Of a stretch of 64,000 bases of DNA, positions 20,564 to 30,094 are shown piece after piece. Source of the DNA: Puniceicoccales bacterium (GTDB taxonomy: Bacteria > Verrucomicrobiota > Verrucomicrobiia > Opitutales > JAIRKQ01); assembly GCA_031267915.1 (NCBI GenBank), contig JAIRYE010000006.1, forward strand, positions 8,333-72,332, given 5' to 3'. The notes under the pieces were generated by a model. That model had not been told where the DNA came from and made no database searches. It saw only the letters and a program-made list of their open reading frames with translations. The position numbers were made by a program, and so were the translations under genes. Positions within the stretch are counted from its first letter, which is position 1, and each line of letters starts with the position of its first letter.

Positions 20564-21391
20564 TTAGAGTAAATTATTCAAAAAAGTAAAAATTGACTTT
20601 TCCAGGGAGTCTCTGGTGTTTGCTTGTGAAATTTTTACACCAAGGGATCTAATGTCTTCAAAAATTAATTTTTGATAGGAAGCATACTTGTCCATAATTT
20701 TCGACATCAGTGCCATGTCATCCGTATTTATCCAGAGAGTTTCTCCGGTTTCCAAATCTTCCAGCAGCACTTTCCCAGCCCTAGCGTGCGGCATTTCTCC
20801 ATCATCAATCACCGCCAGCAAAATTACGTCGTGTTTTTCCCTGAGGGTGTGCAGCTGTGCCAGTGTCGCTTTCCTATTGGTTGCAAGGCAAAATACGTCG
20901 CAGATCAGAATGATGACTGATCTATTTCTGAGAATTCTGCTTAAAATTTTCAGTGTGCTTGCTAGGTTTGTTTGCGATTTTTTTCCAGTGGAAACCGATT
21001 TTTCGATTGCGTATTTGAAAATCTTTACATTCCGCCGTGGTTTTAGAAATTTTTCCACTCCGCCGGAAAAAAGAACAAGGCCGGCCCTGTCTCCGTGCAT
21101 TTCTGCCAGCCGGGATAAGCTGCCTAGAATGTTGCTTGCCAGTGAAAATTTTGATTGTCTTTGCGTTCCGAATTTCATGGATGCACTAATATCCAGAGCG
21201 AAAATTATGTCGTATCCGCTATCGGATTTGACGCTGTCCACAAAAGGTATCCCTGTCTTTGCCGTAATGTTCCAATTGATAAATCGCACATCGTCTCCCG
21301 GGATATACTCCCTCGCATCGCCCAGGACAATGCCGTTTGGTCGAAACAATTTTCGATAGCTTCTCGGAAGAATATTAGTTTGCGAGGCCAT
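20564..21391 (-). CDS. DUF58 domain protein (MoxR-associated, vWA-like)
   Basis: REYIPGDDVRFINWNITAK, DISASMKFG, DRAGLVLF, DLETGE. N-terminus is shorter than usual. Confidence 0.85.
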   Translation of the reverse strand: MASQTNILPRSYRKLFRPNGIVLGDAREYIPGDDVRFINWNITAKTGIPFVDSVKSDSGYDIIFALDISASMKFGTQRQSKFSLASNILGSLSRLAEMHGDRAGLVLFSGGVEKFLKPRRNVKIFKYAIEKSVSTGKKSQTNLASTLKILSRILRNRSVIILICDVFCLATNRKATLAQLHTLREKHDVILLAVIDDGEMPHARAGKVLLEDLETGETLWINTDDMALMSKIMDKYASYQKLIFEDIRSLGVKISQANTRDSLEKSIFTFLNNLL

Positions 21392-21392
21392 G

Positions 21393-22562
21393 CTATTTTA
21401 TTGCCGATAGGATCCATTGAGCTGCGGATGTATCTGACCCGACTGATAAAATTTCTCTCAATTCCGCGGCTGCATTTTGGAAAGAATGTTGCAGTCTTTC
21501 ATTCTGCAGGCACTGCAAAATATGTTTTGCCACAGATTTTGGTCTGAGTCGTGACTGCAGAAATTCATGCCATATGCACCTGTTGAGCAGAATATTTGCG
21601 ATTCCAAGAAATTTAACCTTCACTAAAATTTTTCCGATTGTGTAGGTGAGTGGGTGTGTTTTGTACACTATTGCGCCGGGGATTCCAGCCAGGCAGCACT
21701 TCAGTGACATCGTTCCGGAGCTCATAATTGCAGCGGCGGCTTCAATGCTTTCGCCATCAGCTATAAATGTTACCCTGTCCAGCAATTTTGAAAATTTTTT
21801 ATTTAGAATTTTTCGCAGAGTCGCCAGGACTGTTTCGTCGGGATACACCACCACTGCCATGCGCTCACCATCTTGCTTTAATACCTCCCGGAAGACTTTC
21901 AGCAGTGCTGGGAAAATTCTTATTACCGCAGATTTTCTACTGCCCGGAAGCAGCAGGATCGGTCCCCTGGAATTGTGGGAAATATTCAGATCATAGCTTT
22001 CGGATGCAAACGGATGGCCCACGAAATTCACATCCAGAGATGTGTCTTCGAAGCACTTCTTTTCAAATGGTAAAATGATTGCCATCGAGTCAACGAATTT
22101 CGCAATTTGATGGCGTCTCTTCGGTTTCCACGCCCAGATTTGAGGAGATATGTAGTAGAAAACTTTTATGTCACCGCCGGCTTTTTGTGAAAGTTTGTGC
22201 CCAAATAACATTTTAGCCAGCCGGAGATTGAATCCCGGAAAATCAACGAAGCATACTGCCCGCGGATGAACAGCTTTTATCCACAGAAACACCTGCCTGA
22301 GCAGCCTTAGGAAAAAGAACAAATTCACCAGGGCTTCGTAGACTCCGATGATGGAGAATTTTGTCATGTCCAAAATTAAGCTTGCTCCTGCCCTTTCCAG
22401 AGCACGCCCTCCGAAGGCAGCAACAGTAATTCCGGGGCGTATTTTTTTTATTTCCTTCAGCATTGCGGCGGCGTGCTGATCTCCCGAATGCTCTCCCGCC
22501 ACGATAACTAGATCCACTTGTTTCCCTGAGTGGGGGTCCAGGTCAATTTTTGGTTTCTTCAC
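21393..22562 (-). CDS. lpxB: Lipid-A-disaccharide synthase
   Basis: IVAGEHSGD, VDFPGFNLRLAK, YISPQIWAW, ILPFEK, FVGHP, LLPGSR, SGT. Confidence 0.95.
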   Translation of the reverse strand: MKKPKIDLDPHSGKQVDLVIVAGEHSGDQHAAAMLKEIKKIRPGITVAAFGGRALERAGASLILDMTKFSIIGVYEALVNLFFFLRLLRQVFLWIKAVHPRAVCFVDFPGFNLRLAKMLFGHKLSQKAGGDIKVFYYISPQIWAWKPKRRHQIAKFVDSMAIILPFEKKCFEDTSLDVNFVGHPFASESYDLNISHNSRGPILLLPGSRKSAVIRIFPALLKVFREVLKQDGERMAVVVYPDETVLATLRKILNKKFSKLLDRVTFIADGESIEAAAAIMSSGTMSLKCCLAGIPGAIVYKTHPLTYTIGKILVKVKFLGIANILLNRCIWHEFLQSRLRPKSVAKHILQCLQNERLQHSFQNAAAELREILSVGSDTSAAQWILSAIK

Positions 22563-22625
22563 GTATTACAAAAAGTGAAAACATGCAAAAAATTTTGTCA
22601 AATAATATAAAAGACGATTGTCCGG

Positions 22626-24095
22626 CTATGAATGCAGCAATTCCCGCAGCGTACTGTCGACAATCAGTGGGTTTGCTTTGCCGCGAGTCTCTTTCATTAC
22701 GAATCCCTTGATTGCATTAATTGCGGCATCTTTTCCTGATCGGAACTCACCGGCCGCTTTTTCATTTCTAGTGATGGCTAACTGGCAAATTGCAAGCAAT
22801 TCATCGGCATTGGCGTTTTGCTTTAGCCCCTTGATTTCTATGATTTCCTCTGCTGATTTTCCGCTTTGGAACATTTCAATGAAAACATTTTGTGCAATTT
22901 GTTTGGAAATTGCCCCGTCATCTATGAACTTTACAAGCTCTGCCAAATTTTTCGGAGAAATTTTGAAATTTTCCAGGGAGCTATCATTTTTCCCATCGGA
23001 ATTGCTGTTTTGGATTGACATTTCCCTCAGCATGTCGTTGGCGATTATGTTTGCAATGATTTGCGGATTGTTGTGCGTTGCCACTGCGCTTTCAAAAAAA
23101 TCTCCCAGGGTATGCTTGGGGCAAATTACGGAAGTTACCGTGTAGGGCAGATTGTATTGGCTGAAAAATCTTTCCTGTTTTGCGAATGGCAGCTCAGGGA
23201 CTTCGCTTCGAATTTTTTCCCGTGTTTCCGGGGAAATTTTCACGGGCATTAGGTCGGGATCCGGAAAATAGCGATAGTCGAAGGCGGTTTCTTTTGATCG
23301 CAAAATTGTTGTTGAGCACAAATTCGCATCCCAGCGGCGAGTTTCCTGGGAAATTTTCTCTCCACTTTTCAGTGCTTCGATTTGTCGTTTAATTTCGAAC
23401 GCTATGCCATTTTTTACACCGGAAATGGAATTCAAGTTTTTGATTTCCACTTTTGTTCCAAGTTTTTTTTCTCCGATGGGCCGAACACTAACATTTGCAT
23501 CGCACCGCATTTCTCCTTTTTCCATGTCGCAGTTTGATATTCCGGCATATGCCATGTGCATGCGCAGGGAATTCAGGTAGGCGAAAGCTTCCTCTGCGGA
23601 ACGCATGTCCGGCTGGGAAACGATTTCCATCAGGGCTACTCCCGCCCGGTTGAAATCAACGCCGGAATCCTCTTCGAAATGTGTCAGCTTTCCAACGTCT
23701 TCCTCCAGGTGTATGCGATCCAGGGCGATTTTTTTGTGCTCTCCCATTACGTTGCGGGATGGACCTGGCAGTTCTATTTCCACATATCCATTGCGGCAAA
23801 CTGGATTACTATTCTGAGAAATTTGGTAGTTTTTGGGGCAGTCTGGGTAGAAGTAATTTTTCCTGTCCCATTTTGCTATCTCTGCGATGTCGCATCCAAA
23901 AATTATTCCGGCCTTTACGGTGGCCAAGACTGCTTTTTCATTTATAACTGGCAGTGTTCCCGGGAGCCCCAGTACGACGGGATCCGTTAGACTGTTCGGC
24001 GGAGCTCCAAATTTATAGGGACATTTGGAAAATAATTTTGACTTTATCCCTATCTGCACGTGAACTTCCAACCCTATGACAGCCTCGTATTCCAT
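22626..24095 (-). CDS. gatB: Asp/Glu-tRNA(Asn/Gln) amidotransferase subunit B
   Basis: VIGLEVHVQ, RKNYFYPD, HLEEDVGK, DFNRAG..LMEIV, RCDANVS, DYRYFPDPDL. Confidence 0.97.
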   Translation of the reverse strand: MEYEAVIGLEVHVQIGIKSKLFSKCPYKFGAPPNSLTDPVVLGLPGTLPVINEKAVLATVKAGIIFGCDIAEIAKWDRKNYFYPDCPKNYQISQNSNPVCRNGYVEIELPGPSRNVMGEHKKIALDRIHLEEDVGKLTHFEEDSGVDFNRAGVALMEIVSQPDMRSAEEAFAYLNSLRMHMAYAGISNCDMEKGEMRCDANVSVRPIGEKKLGTKVEIKNLNSISGVKNGIAFEIKRQIEALKSGEKISQETRRWDANLCSTTILRSKETAFDYRYFPDPDLMPVKISPETREKIRSEVPELPFAKQERFFSQYNLPYTVTSVICPKHTLGDFFESAVATHNNPQIIANIIANDMLREMSIQNSNSDGKNDSSLENFKISPKNLAELVKFIDDGAISKQIAQNVFIEMFQSGKSAEEIIEIKGLKQNANADELLAICQLAITRNEKAAGEFRSGKDAAINAIKGFVMKETRGKANPLIVDSTLRELLHS

Positions 24096-24232
24096 GGAAG
24101 ATAACTAGATAAAAATATTTTAGAGGCAATAAAAATACTTATTCCCCTGAGGGGGATCTATTTTCCGCAAATGAAAAATTTTTGTTGAGTTTTTAGCTGC
24201 TAAAGGTTTCCTAGCAGAAGATCAGGAATCTT

Positions 24233-24403
24233 ATGCCAAGGGAATATATAATTTTAGAGTGTACGGAAGCGAAGAAAGAGGGGAAACCTGTTTCGCGCTA
24301 CATGTCAACGCGCAACAAAAAAATTCAAACGGAGCGTGTCGAAAAGATGAAGTTCAATAAGTTTTTGAAGCGCCACACGCTGCACCGTGAAATCAAGGGA
24401 TGA
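24233..24403 (+). CDS. rpmG: 50S ribosomal protein L33
   Basis: Not in the ORF track (56 aa). Manual translation [56 protein letters not shown]; AGGA upstream. Confidence 0.95.
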   Translation: MPREYIILECTEAKKEGKPVSRYMSTRNKKIQTERVEKMKFNKFLKRHTLHREIKG

Positions 24404-24468
24404 TTTTCAATTTTCCACGGAGGTAGATGCTTTTATCTGCGTAAAATTGGAGATGCGTTTGATTTGAT

Positions 24469-25386
24469 ATGGGCACAGCTTTAGTATTTCCTGGGCAAGG
24501 GGCACAGTATGTGGGAATGGGATTGTCCCTCTATGAAAATAGTCCCGCTGCGAAGAAAATTTTTTCCAGGGCGGAGGAAATCCTTGGCGGCGCATTTTTA
24601 CAAGCGTGTTTCCGCGGGCCAGAGGAAGTTTTGACGCAAACTAGCGTCTGTCAGCCAGCTTTATTTACGCACGGTTGTGCGGCGGTTGAAATTCTCCGGG
24701 AAAAAATTCCGGAGAAGAAGTATTCCATCGCCTATGGCCTAAGTCTCGGCGAGCTAACTGCGCTGTGCATTGCAGAGGTTTTTGATTTCACAACTGGTGT
24801 TAAACTTGTTGCCGAACGTGGACGGCTGATGCGGAAGGCGTGCGAAGAGACCGATGGGGCTATGCTGTGCCTGATTGGAGGGAATCCGGATGACGCCACT
24901 GAGCTGTGTTCCGCTGCAGATGTTGAGATGGCAAATATGAATTGTCCTGGGCAGATCGTCGTTTCCGGAGAAATGCGAAACATAAAAAAAGCCATGGAAA
25001 TGGCGCAAAAGATGGCATTCAAACGTGTGCTTCCGCTCAATGTGGCTGGGGCGTATCACAGCAGGTTGATGGAAAGTGCCGCCCAGGGATTTGAAAAATT
25101 TTTGCACGGTGTGGAGTTGCAGCCTCCGAAAATTAAAATTTTATCAAATGTCACAGGAGCACTCGTGGAATCCCCGGGGGAGATAAAAAAATTACTGGCA
25201 AGGCAGATAATTTCACCGGTTTTGTTTGAAAAATGCTGCCATTCGGCGCTGCAGCTGGAAATATCTGAATTTTTTGAATGTGGCCCGGGAAGAACTCTCA
25301 GCGGAATGATGCGCAAAATCAGCGGAAATGTCACGCTGAGGAATTTTGACGGAGCCGCAGACTTCAATGATTTATTGCAAGTTTGA
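24469..25386 (+). CDS. fabD: Malonyl-CoA:ACP transacylase
   Basis: FPGQGAQ, QPAL, GLSLGE, NCPGQIVVSG, AYHS, ECGPG. Confidence 0.95.
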   Translation: MGTALVFPGQGAQYVGMGLSLYENSPAAKKIFSRAEEILGGAFLQACFRGPEEVLTQTSVCQPALFTHGCAAVEILREKIPEKKYSIAYGLSLGELTALCIAEVFDFTTGVKLVAERGRLMRKACEETDGAMLCLIGGNPDDATELCSAADVEMANMNCPGQIVVSGEMRNIKKAMEMAQKMAFKRVLPLNVAGAYHSRLMESAAQGFEKFLHGVELQPPKIKILSNVTGALVESPGEIKKLLARQIISPVLFEKCCHSALQLEISEFFECGPGRTLSGMMRKISGNVTLRNFDGAADFNDLLQV

Positions 25387-25401
25387 AGTTTAAATCTAAA
25401 G

Positions 25402-25887
25402 GTGAAAAGCATGTCCGACGAATTATTTCTGACGCAGCAGGTGGCTGAAATTTTAAAACCAGAGCAGAAGGTTCGTCCGAATTGGGATGATTACTTCATG
25501 GCAACGGCGCTTCTGATAGCTACCAGGTCAAACTGCGGACGTCTGCACGTCGGATGTGTTCTAGTTTCCCAGGGCGAGCATAAAAATCGCATAATTTCCG
25601 CAGGCTACAATGGCTTTATTGCCGGAGCACCCCACAATTCGCGGATAAGGGATGGGCACGAGCAGGCCACGATTCATGCCGAGCAAAATGCAATTACCGA
25701 TGCCGCCAGGCGGGGGGTGAGCATTTTCGGAGCAATTGCCTACGTATCACATTTTCCATGCCTGCAGTGTGCGAAAATTCTTGCCTCTTCCGGGATCGGA
25801 GAAATCAAATACCATTTCGACTACAGCAATGACCCAATGGTTTCTCTGCTCCTCGAAGAGTGGAATGTAAGAATAACAAAGCTCTAG
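25402..25887 (+). CDS. dCMP deaminase family protein (ComEB-like)
   Basis: RPNWDDYFM, GYNG, HAEQNAI, PCLQC zinc-binding motifs. Confidence 0.92.
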   Translation: MKSMSDELFLTQQVAEILKPEQKVRPNWDDYFMATALLIATRSNCGRLHVGCVLVSQGEHKNRIISAGYNGFIAGAPHNSRIRDGHEQATIHAEQNAITDAARRGVSIFGAIAYVSHFPCLQCAKILASSGIGEIKYHFDYSNDPMVSLLLEEWNVRITKL

Positions 25888-26120
25888 GCTCCGGCGTCGA
25901 GTGTTTAGCGAAAGCGTTGTGGAGCTCATCCGCCGGAGGGATGCCTCTCGCAACTCTTTTCGCAGGAGCGTCTTGGAGAACTCATTGGAGGTTTTCCCCG
26001 TAGCGACACCCATGTGTCTAGTCAGCATTTGGAGTATTTCTTCTGGGCCGTTTTTTACAATCACGCAATGCGGCGAATACATGCGTACCGCTGAGGTCAC
26101 GGAGACGAAAATTTTCCTAT

Positions 26121-27110
26121 CTAGGGCGTGCGAATTGTGTTGAATATTTTTGCAGCTAGGATTTCACTGGTCACATTTTCTGATTCTGCGATGTATGTCG
26201 TGACTATTCTGTGGCGTAGGACGTCGAGCCCAATAGTTTTTACATCCTGCGGAGTGACATATCCTCGTCCCTGCAAAAATGCCCAGGATTTGGCTGCTAG
26301 AGCCAGTGCAATTGTTGCCCGCGGAGATGCTCCGCATTCTATGAAATGGTCGATGTCGATATTATACTTGCTAGGGTTGCGTGTTGCCAAAACTATGTCG
26401 ACGATGTACTCCTGCACTTTTTCATCCATAAAAATTTCGCCAATTAACCGGCGAGATTGCAGAATTTGGTCGGGGGAAACCACGGCATTCACCAAAATTT
26501 CCCTATTCGGTTTGGCTCCCTCATCCAGGATTTTTATTTCTTCGGCCCTGCTGGGATACTCGATCTTTAGTTTTAAGAAAAATCTGTCCACTTGCGATTC
26601 CGGTAGGGGGTATGTACCCTCGTGTTCCATTGAATTTTCCGTAGCAAAAACGGTGAATAGCTCAGGCAATTTGTTCGTTTCTCCGCCGATGGTAACCTGC
26701 AGTTCCTGCATGCCTTCAAGTAGGGCGCTCTGAACTTTGGCTGGCGCGCGATTAATTTCATCGGCAAGGACTATGTTTGCAAAAATCGGACCTTTTTTCG
26801 TGTGAAATTCTCCGGTTTTTTGGTCGTAGATTTGTGTGCCAATGATGTCCGCTGGTAGCATATCAGGCGTGAATTGAATTCGTCGAAATGATGCCTGGAT
26901 TGCCAGTGCCAGGCTTTTAACCGCCAATGTTTTTCCGAGTCCCGGAATACCTTCCAGCAGAATATGTCCTCCGGCTAGCAGCCCGACAATCATTCGATCG
27001 ATCATGTAGCGCTGCCCAACAATTGACTTTCCGATTTCGCTCCGGAGGATTGGAATCCACCCCGATGATTCGCGAATGGCCGTATTTATGTCTCTGCTGG
27101 TACAAGCCAT
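26121..27110 (-). CDS. MoxR family AAA ATPase
   Basis: LEGIPGLGKT, RIQFTPDMLPAD, DEINRAPAKVQSALLE, EGTYPLPE, GASPRA. Confidence 0.95.
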   Translation of the reverse strand: MACTSRDINTAIRESSGWIPILRSEIGKSIVGQRYMIDRMIVGLLAGGHILLEGIPGLGKTLAVKSLALAIQASFRRIQFTPDMLPADIIGTQIYDQKTGEFHTKKGPIFANIVLADEINRAPAKVQSALLEGMQELQVTIGGETNKLPELFTVFATENSMEHEGTYPLPESQVDRFFLKLKIEYPSRAEEIKILDEGAKPNREILVNAVVSPDQILQSRRLIGEIFMDEKVQEYIVDIVLATRNPSKYNIDIDHFIECGASPRATIALALAAKSWAFLQGRGYVTPQDVKTIGLDVLRHRIVTTYIAESENVTSEILAAKIFNTIRTP

Positions 27111-27123
27111 AGCCTGGATGCCG

Positions 27124-27151
27124 ATTATCAGCCTTGCCCGCCAGTTTGCAA
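27124..27151 (-). promoter_or_regulatory. Putative sigma70-type promoter of the MoxR gene
   Basis: TTGCAA (27151-27146)-N16-GATAAT (27129-27124). Confidence 0.5.
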
Positions 27152-27388
27152 TTATAAATTGTGAAAAATTATCTTGATTTCCAGGGTGCGCGGAGGTTCT
27201 GTAAATTTTAGGTGGCGGTTGCGGTGAAAACCACCGGAGGTAATTCCTTTGGCTCTTCTAATTTTTTTGGCGTTTGCACAGTCTTTCCCGTATGGAGTAA
27301 TTTAGGATTGTGGGAAGCACGAATTTGTGTAAATATTGTTTGACATGTGGATTTGCAACGTTTTGTTGGAGCGCTAGTAGGGAATTTC

Positions 27389-27514
27389 ATGAAAAAGACG
27401 ACGTCATTGAGGTCAATAAAATTGAGGCACCCCGATTGCCAGGTTGTTCGCCGCAAGGGGCGTGTTTATGTAATTTGCAAGACGAATCCCAGATATAAGG
27501 CTCGCCAGGGGTAG
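27389..27514 (+). CDS. rpmJ: 50S ribosomal protein L36 (type B, YkgO-like)
   Basis: Not in the ORF track (41 aa): [41 protein letters not shown]. Confidence 0.95.
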   Translation: MKKTTSLRSIKLRHPDCQVVRRKGRVYVICKTNPRYKARQG

Positions 27515-27532
27515 ATAGGAACAGGAGAAAAA

Positions 27533-27778
27533 GTGAAAAACGATATTCATCCAGAAAAACACCCGGTTTGTTTTGTTGACGTTTCGACGGGGAAAAAATT
27601 TATCACCATCTCATCTCTGCATTCCAAGCAGAAGGATGTGATCGACGGAGTTGAACACTACCTCGTCTACTGCGACGTTACATCGGATTCACATCCAGCA
27701 TACACGGACGAAAGGCGCTTGGTTGATACGGCAGGTCGGGTGGACAAATTTAACCAGAAATTTTCTCGACGCAGATAA
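27533..27778 (+). CDS. rpmE: 50S ribosomal protein L31 (type B)
   Basis: MKNDIHP...DVTSDSHPAYT...VDTAGRVDKF; AGGAG RBS. Confidence 0.95.
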   Translation: MKNDIHPEKHPVCFVDVSTGKKFITISSLHSKQKDVIDGVEHYLVYCDVTSDSHPAYTDERRLVDTAGRVDKFNQKFSRRR

Positions 27779-27793
27779 ATTTAAAATATTTGG

Positions 27794-27869
27794 GCCGATT
27801 TAGCTCAGTTGGTAGAGCACCCGCCTTGTAAGCGGACGGTCATCAGTTCGAGTCTGATAATCGGCTCCA
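27794..27869 (+). tRNA. tRNA-Thr(TGT)
   Basis: Cloverleaf: acceptor GCCGATT/AATCGGC, D arm GCTC/GAGC, anticodon loop CT-TGT-AA, T loop TTCGAGT, encoded CCA. Confidence 0.95.
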
Positions 27870-27905
27870 CTGCGGATTAGAGGGTTTTATTTTTTGCGGA
27901 GTTTT

Positions 27906-27981
27906 GCCGAGGTAGCTCAGCTGGTAGAGCAACGCTTTCGTAATGCGTGGGTCGTGAGTTCAAATCTCATCCTCGGCTCCA
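27906..27981 (+). tRNA. tRNA-Thr(CGT)
   Basis: Acceptor GCCGAGG/CCTCGGC, anticodon loop TT-CGT-AA, T loop TTCAAAT, encoded CCA. Confidence 0.95.
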
Positions 27982-28108
27982 TCGCATGATTTTCCGACGG
28001 CATCATTTATTCCGTGATTTCTCACACGCAGGTCGCGGGGAAAGAAGTGTTTTCCGAGTGTCATTGGGCTTAAGCACTGTTCGCACAGCACGACTGGGAT
28101 AAAAAGTT

Positions 28109-29320
28109 TCATTTTCGTTCGCAGGCGGGAAAAATAGCACTGTGGATTTCATTCAGTAGAGTTTTGTATTTTTCTCCGGAGACCTGCACCAGGAATGATA
28201 GCCCGTGTTTGCCGTATTCCGAGCGCAAAATGACTTCATTTGCCATGATTCCGAAAGTGCGCAGAGCTTTTTCGCTTGCCTGAATATTCGTTCCGATGAT
28301 GTCTATGCGCGATAAATTTTCGATCACAGTGAATGCCACAAGATATTTCCGGAAATTGCTGCGGAACTCACTTTTAATGTTTTGAAAATCGAACATATTC
28401 AGGGATATTTCATCGAAAAACAGAGCGCTTTCGATGCGTCTATGCTTTATAAATCCAACACTTACATTATTTTTTTCGAAAAATTCTAGAATGCCCAGAG
28501 CTATGTTTTCGGTGGATTCGCACGAGATCAGACAGAGGTCAGTTTTGTTCGTAACGCCTATGACAGTTGATTCGTAGTCGTTTGATTCGCTGGAAACGCT
28601 TGTTTTTTTGGAGGAATCTCCGGAGAAAGTATTGGAAATTGTAAACGGGATGTTTTTCTTTTGCGCGAGAGCTATGGAGCGATCCTGCATGATTTTGTTG
28701 TCAAAAAACGACAGCCTAAGCAGGGATTCAAAGTCGATATTTTCGATTAGCTGTGCGTTTTCGATTATTTTGGGATCTCCCGTATGGACGCCTGTCACGT
28801 CGGTGTAAATTTCACATCTGTCCGCTCCGAGTCTATGTGCAAGTGCAAGTGCAGTTAGATCGGATCCACCGCGTCCAATGGTCGTCAGGTCTCCATCTTC
28901 GCTTATTCCCTGAAATCCTGCCACAATCACGACATTTTTGGCTGCGAGAAGTTCCTCGATGCGCTGGCCATCTATGCTTTTTATCCTGGCATTTCCATGC
29001 GACGAACAAGTCAAAATGCCAACCTGAAAGGCTAGTAGGGAAACAGCTTTGATCCCCATTTCATTCAGTGCAATAGACAAAAGAGCGACGCTTTCCTGCT
29101 CCCCGGTGCATAGCAGAGCGTCAAATTCTCTGGCATTTGGATTAATTGCCAGTGCTTTGGCATATGAAATTAATCTGTCGGTGACTCCGGCGCGGGCGGA
29201 TACGACGGCAACAATTTCATTTCCCCGACTGGCTGATTCCCTTATTTTATTCGCAACAACACGGATGCAATCGATGTCGCCCACCGACGTTCCTCCGTAT
29301 TTTTGAATGACTCTTGCCAT
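28109..29320 (-). CDS. lysC: Aspartate kinase
   Basis: True start MARVIQKYGGTSVG at 29320 (TAATG overlap with the plsY stop); VVSA, AGFQG, TTIGRGGSDLTA, IYTDVTGV.TGDP; divergent ACT region. Confidence 0.92.
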   Translation of the reverse strand: MARVIQKYGGTSVGDIDCIRVVANKIRESASRGNEIVAVVSARAGVTDRLISYAKALAINPNAREFDALLCTGEQESVALLSIALNEMGIKAVSLLAFQVGILTCSSHGNARIKSIDGQRIEELLAAKNVVIVAGFQGISEDGDLTTIGRGGSDLTALALAHRLGADRCEIYTDVTGVHTGDPKIIENAQLIENIDFESLLRLSFFDNKIMQDRSIALAQKKNIPFTISNTFSGDSSKKTSVSSESNDYESTVIGVTNKTDLCLISCESTENIALGILEFFEKNNVSVGFIKHRRIESALFFDEISLNMFDFQNIKSEFRSNFRKYLVAFTVIENLSRIDIIGTNIQASEKALRTFGIMANEVILRSEYGKHGLSFLVQVSGEKYKTLLNEIHSAIFPACERK

Positions 29321-29931
29321 TAGCTTTTTTTGGTGAATTTGTACTCCGTTCCACAAATCATCTTTGCAATATTTTCCCTGTGCCGCCAGAAAATCAGCAG
29401 GTTGAGGATTAGTGCGAACGTGGTATTTTCCTTGGGGTATAAAAACAGATAGGATGTCAGGATAATGCTGCTGCTGAAGCAGAGGGATGCCATTGAGACT
29501 ATTTTTGTTGCGTGAAAAATTACTAGCCAAATGAACACTCCCATTAGCAGTGCTTTTGGCATGATTATGAGGAGTCCTCCCATGGCAGAAGCAATGCCTT
29601 TGCCTCCGCGCAGCCTGTGGAAAATAGAAAAACTGTGCCCCAGTATAACTCCCAGCAACCCAAGCATTGCTAGTTTTGTATTTGACGGATTTTCGGGGGA
29701 TACAAATTTCACAATGATCCAGGTTGGAATGACTCCCTTGAAAAAATCCAAAACAAATACCAAGTATCCCGCATGTTTTCCTAGCGCCCTGTTTACGTTT
29801 GTTGCTCCGGATGTGCAGCTCCCCATCGAAAAAATATCCACTTTTTTTAGTTTTGCTATGATTGCGCCAAACGACAGCGATCCTATAAGATAGGACAGCA
29901 AAACAGCGACGACGTAGCAGTATAAACTCAT
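29320..29931 (-). CDS. plsY: Glycerol-3-phosphate acyltransferase PlsY
   Basis: SYLIGS, GATNVNR, DFFKG, GHSFSIF..RGGKGIA, RHRENI. Start placed at ATG 29931. Confidence 0.93.
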   Translation of the reverse strand: MSLYCYVVAVLLSYLIGSLSFGAIIAKLKKVDIFSMGSCTSGATNVNRALGKHAGYLVFVLDFFKGVIPTWIIVKFVSPENPSNTKLAMLGLLGVILGHSFSIFHRLRGGKGIASAMGGLLIIMPKALLMGVFIWLVIFHATKIVSMASLCFSSSIILTSYLFLYPKENTTFALILNLLIFWRHRENIAKMICGTEYKFTKKS

Positions 29932-30094
29932 AAATTGTAAAGAGATATGGCATATGGTGAAATTTAGCAATATAAATTAATGCGAAGTTTACATATTCTT
30001 GGAAAATCCTCCCGGAATCATTCCTGTCAAGTGTGGCAGAGTGAATGCTGATCTTGCCGCGGGAGAGAAATATTGTATTTGCAATTGGTGAGTT

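Noticed and set aside
19851-21359. Long alternative-frame or antisense ORFs (19851-20555, 20688-21359; similarly 26128-26733 and 31763-32371)
   Set aside because: They are almost entirely overlapped by well-supported genes and have no recognisable motifs; treated as shadow ORFs.
27982-28108. Region after the tRNA-Thr pair as a possible integration site or island
   Set aside because: No integrase and no duplicated tRNA 3' end seen; only 127 bp to the lysC stop.
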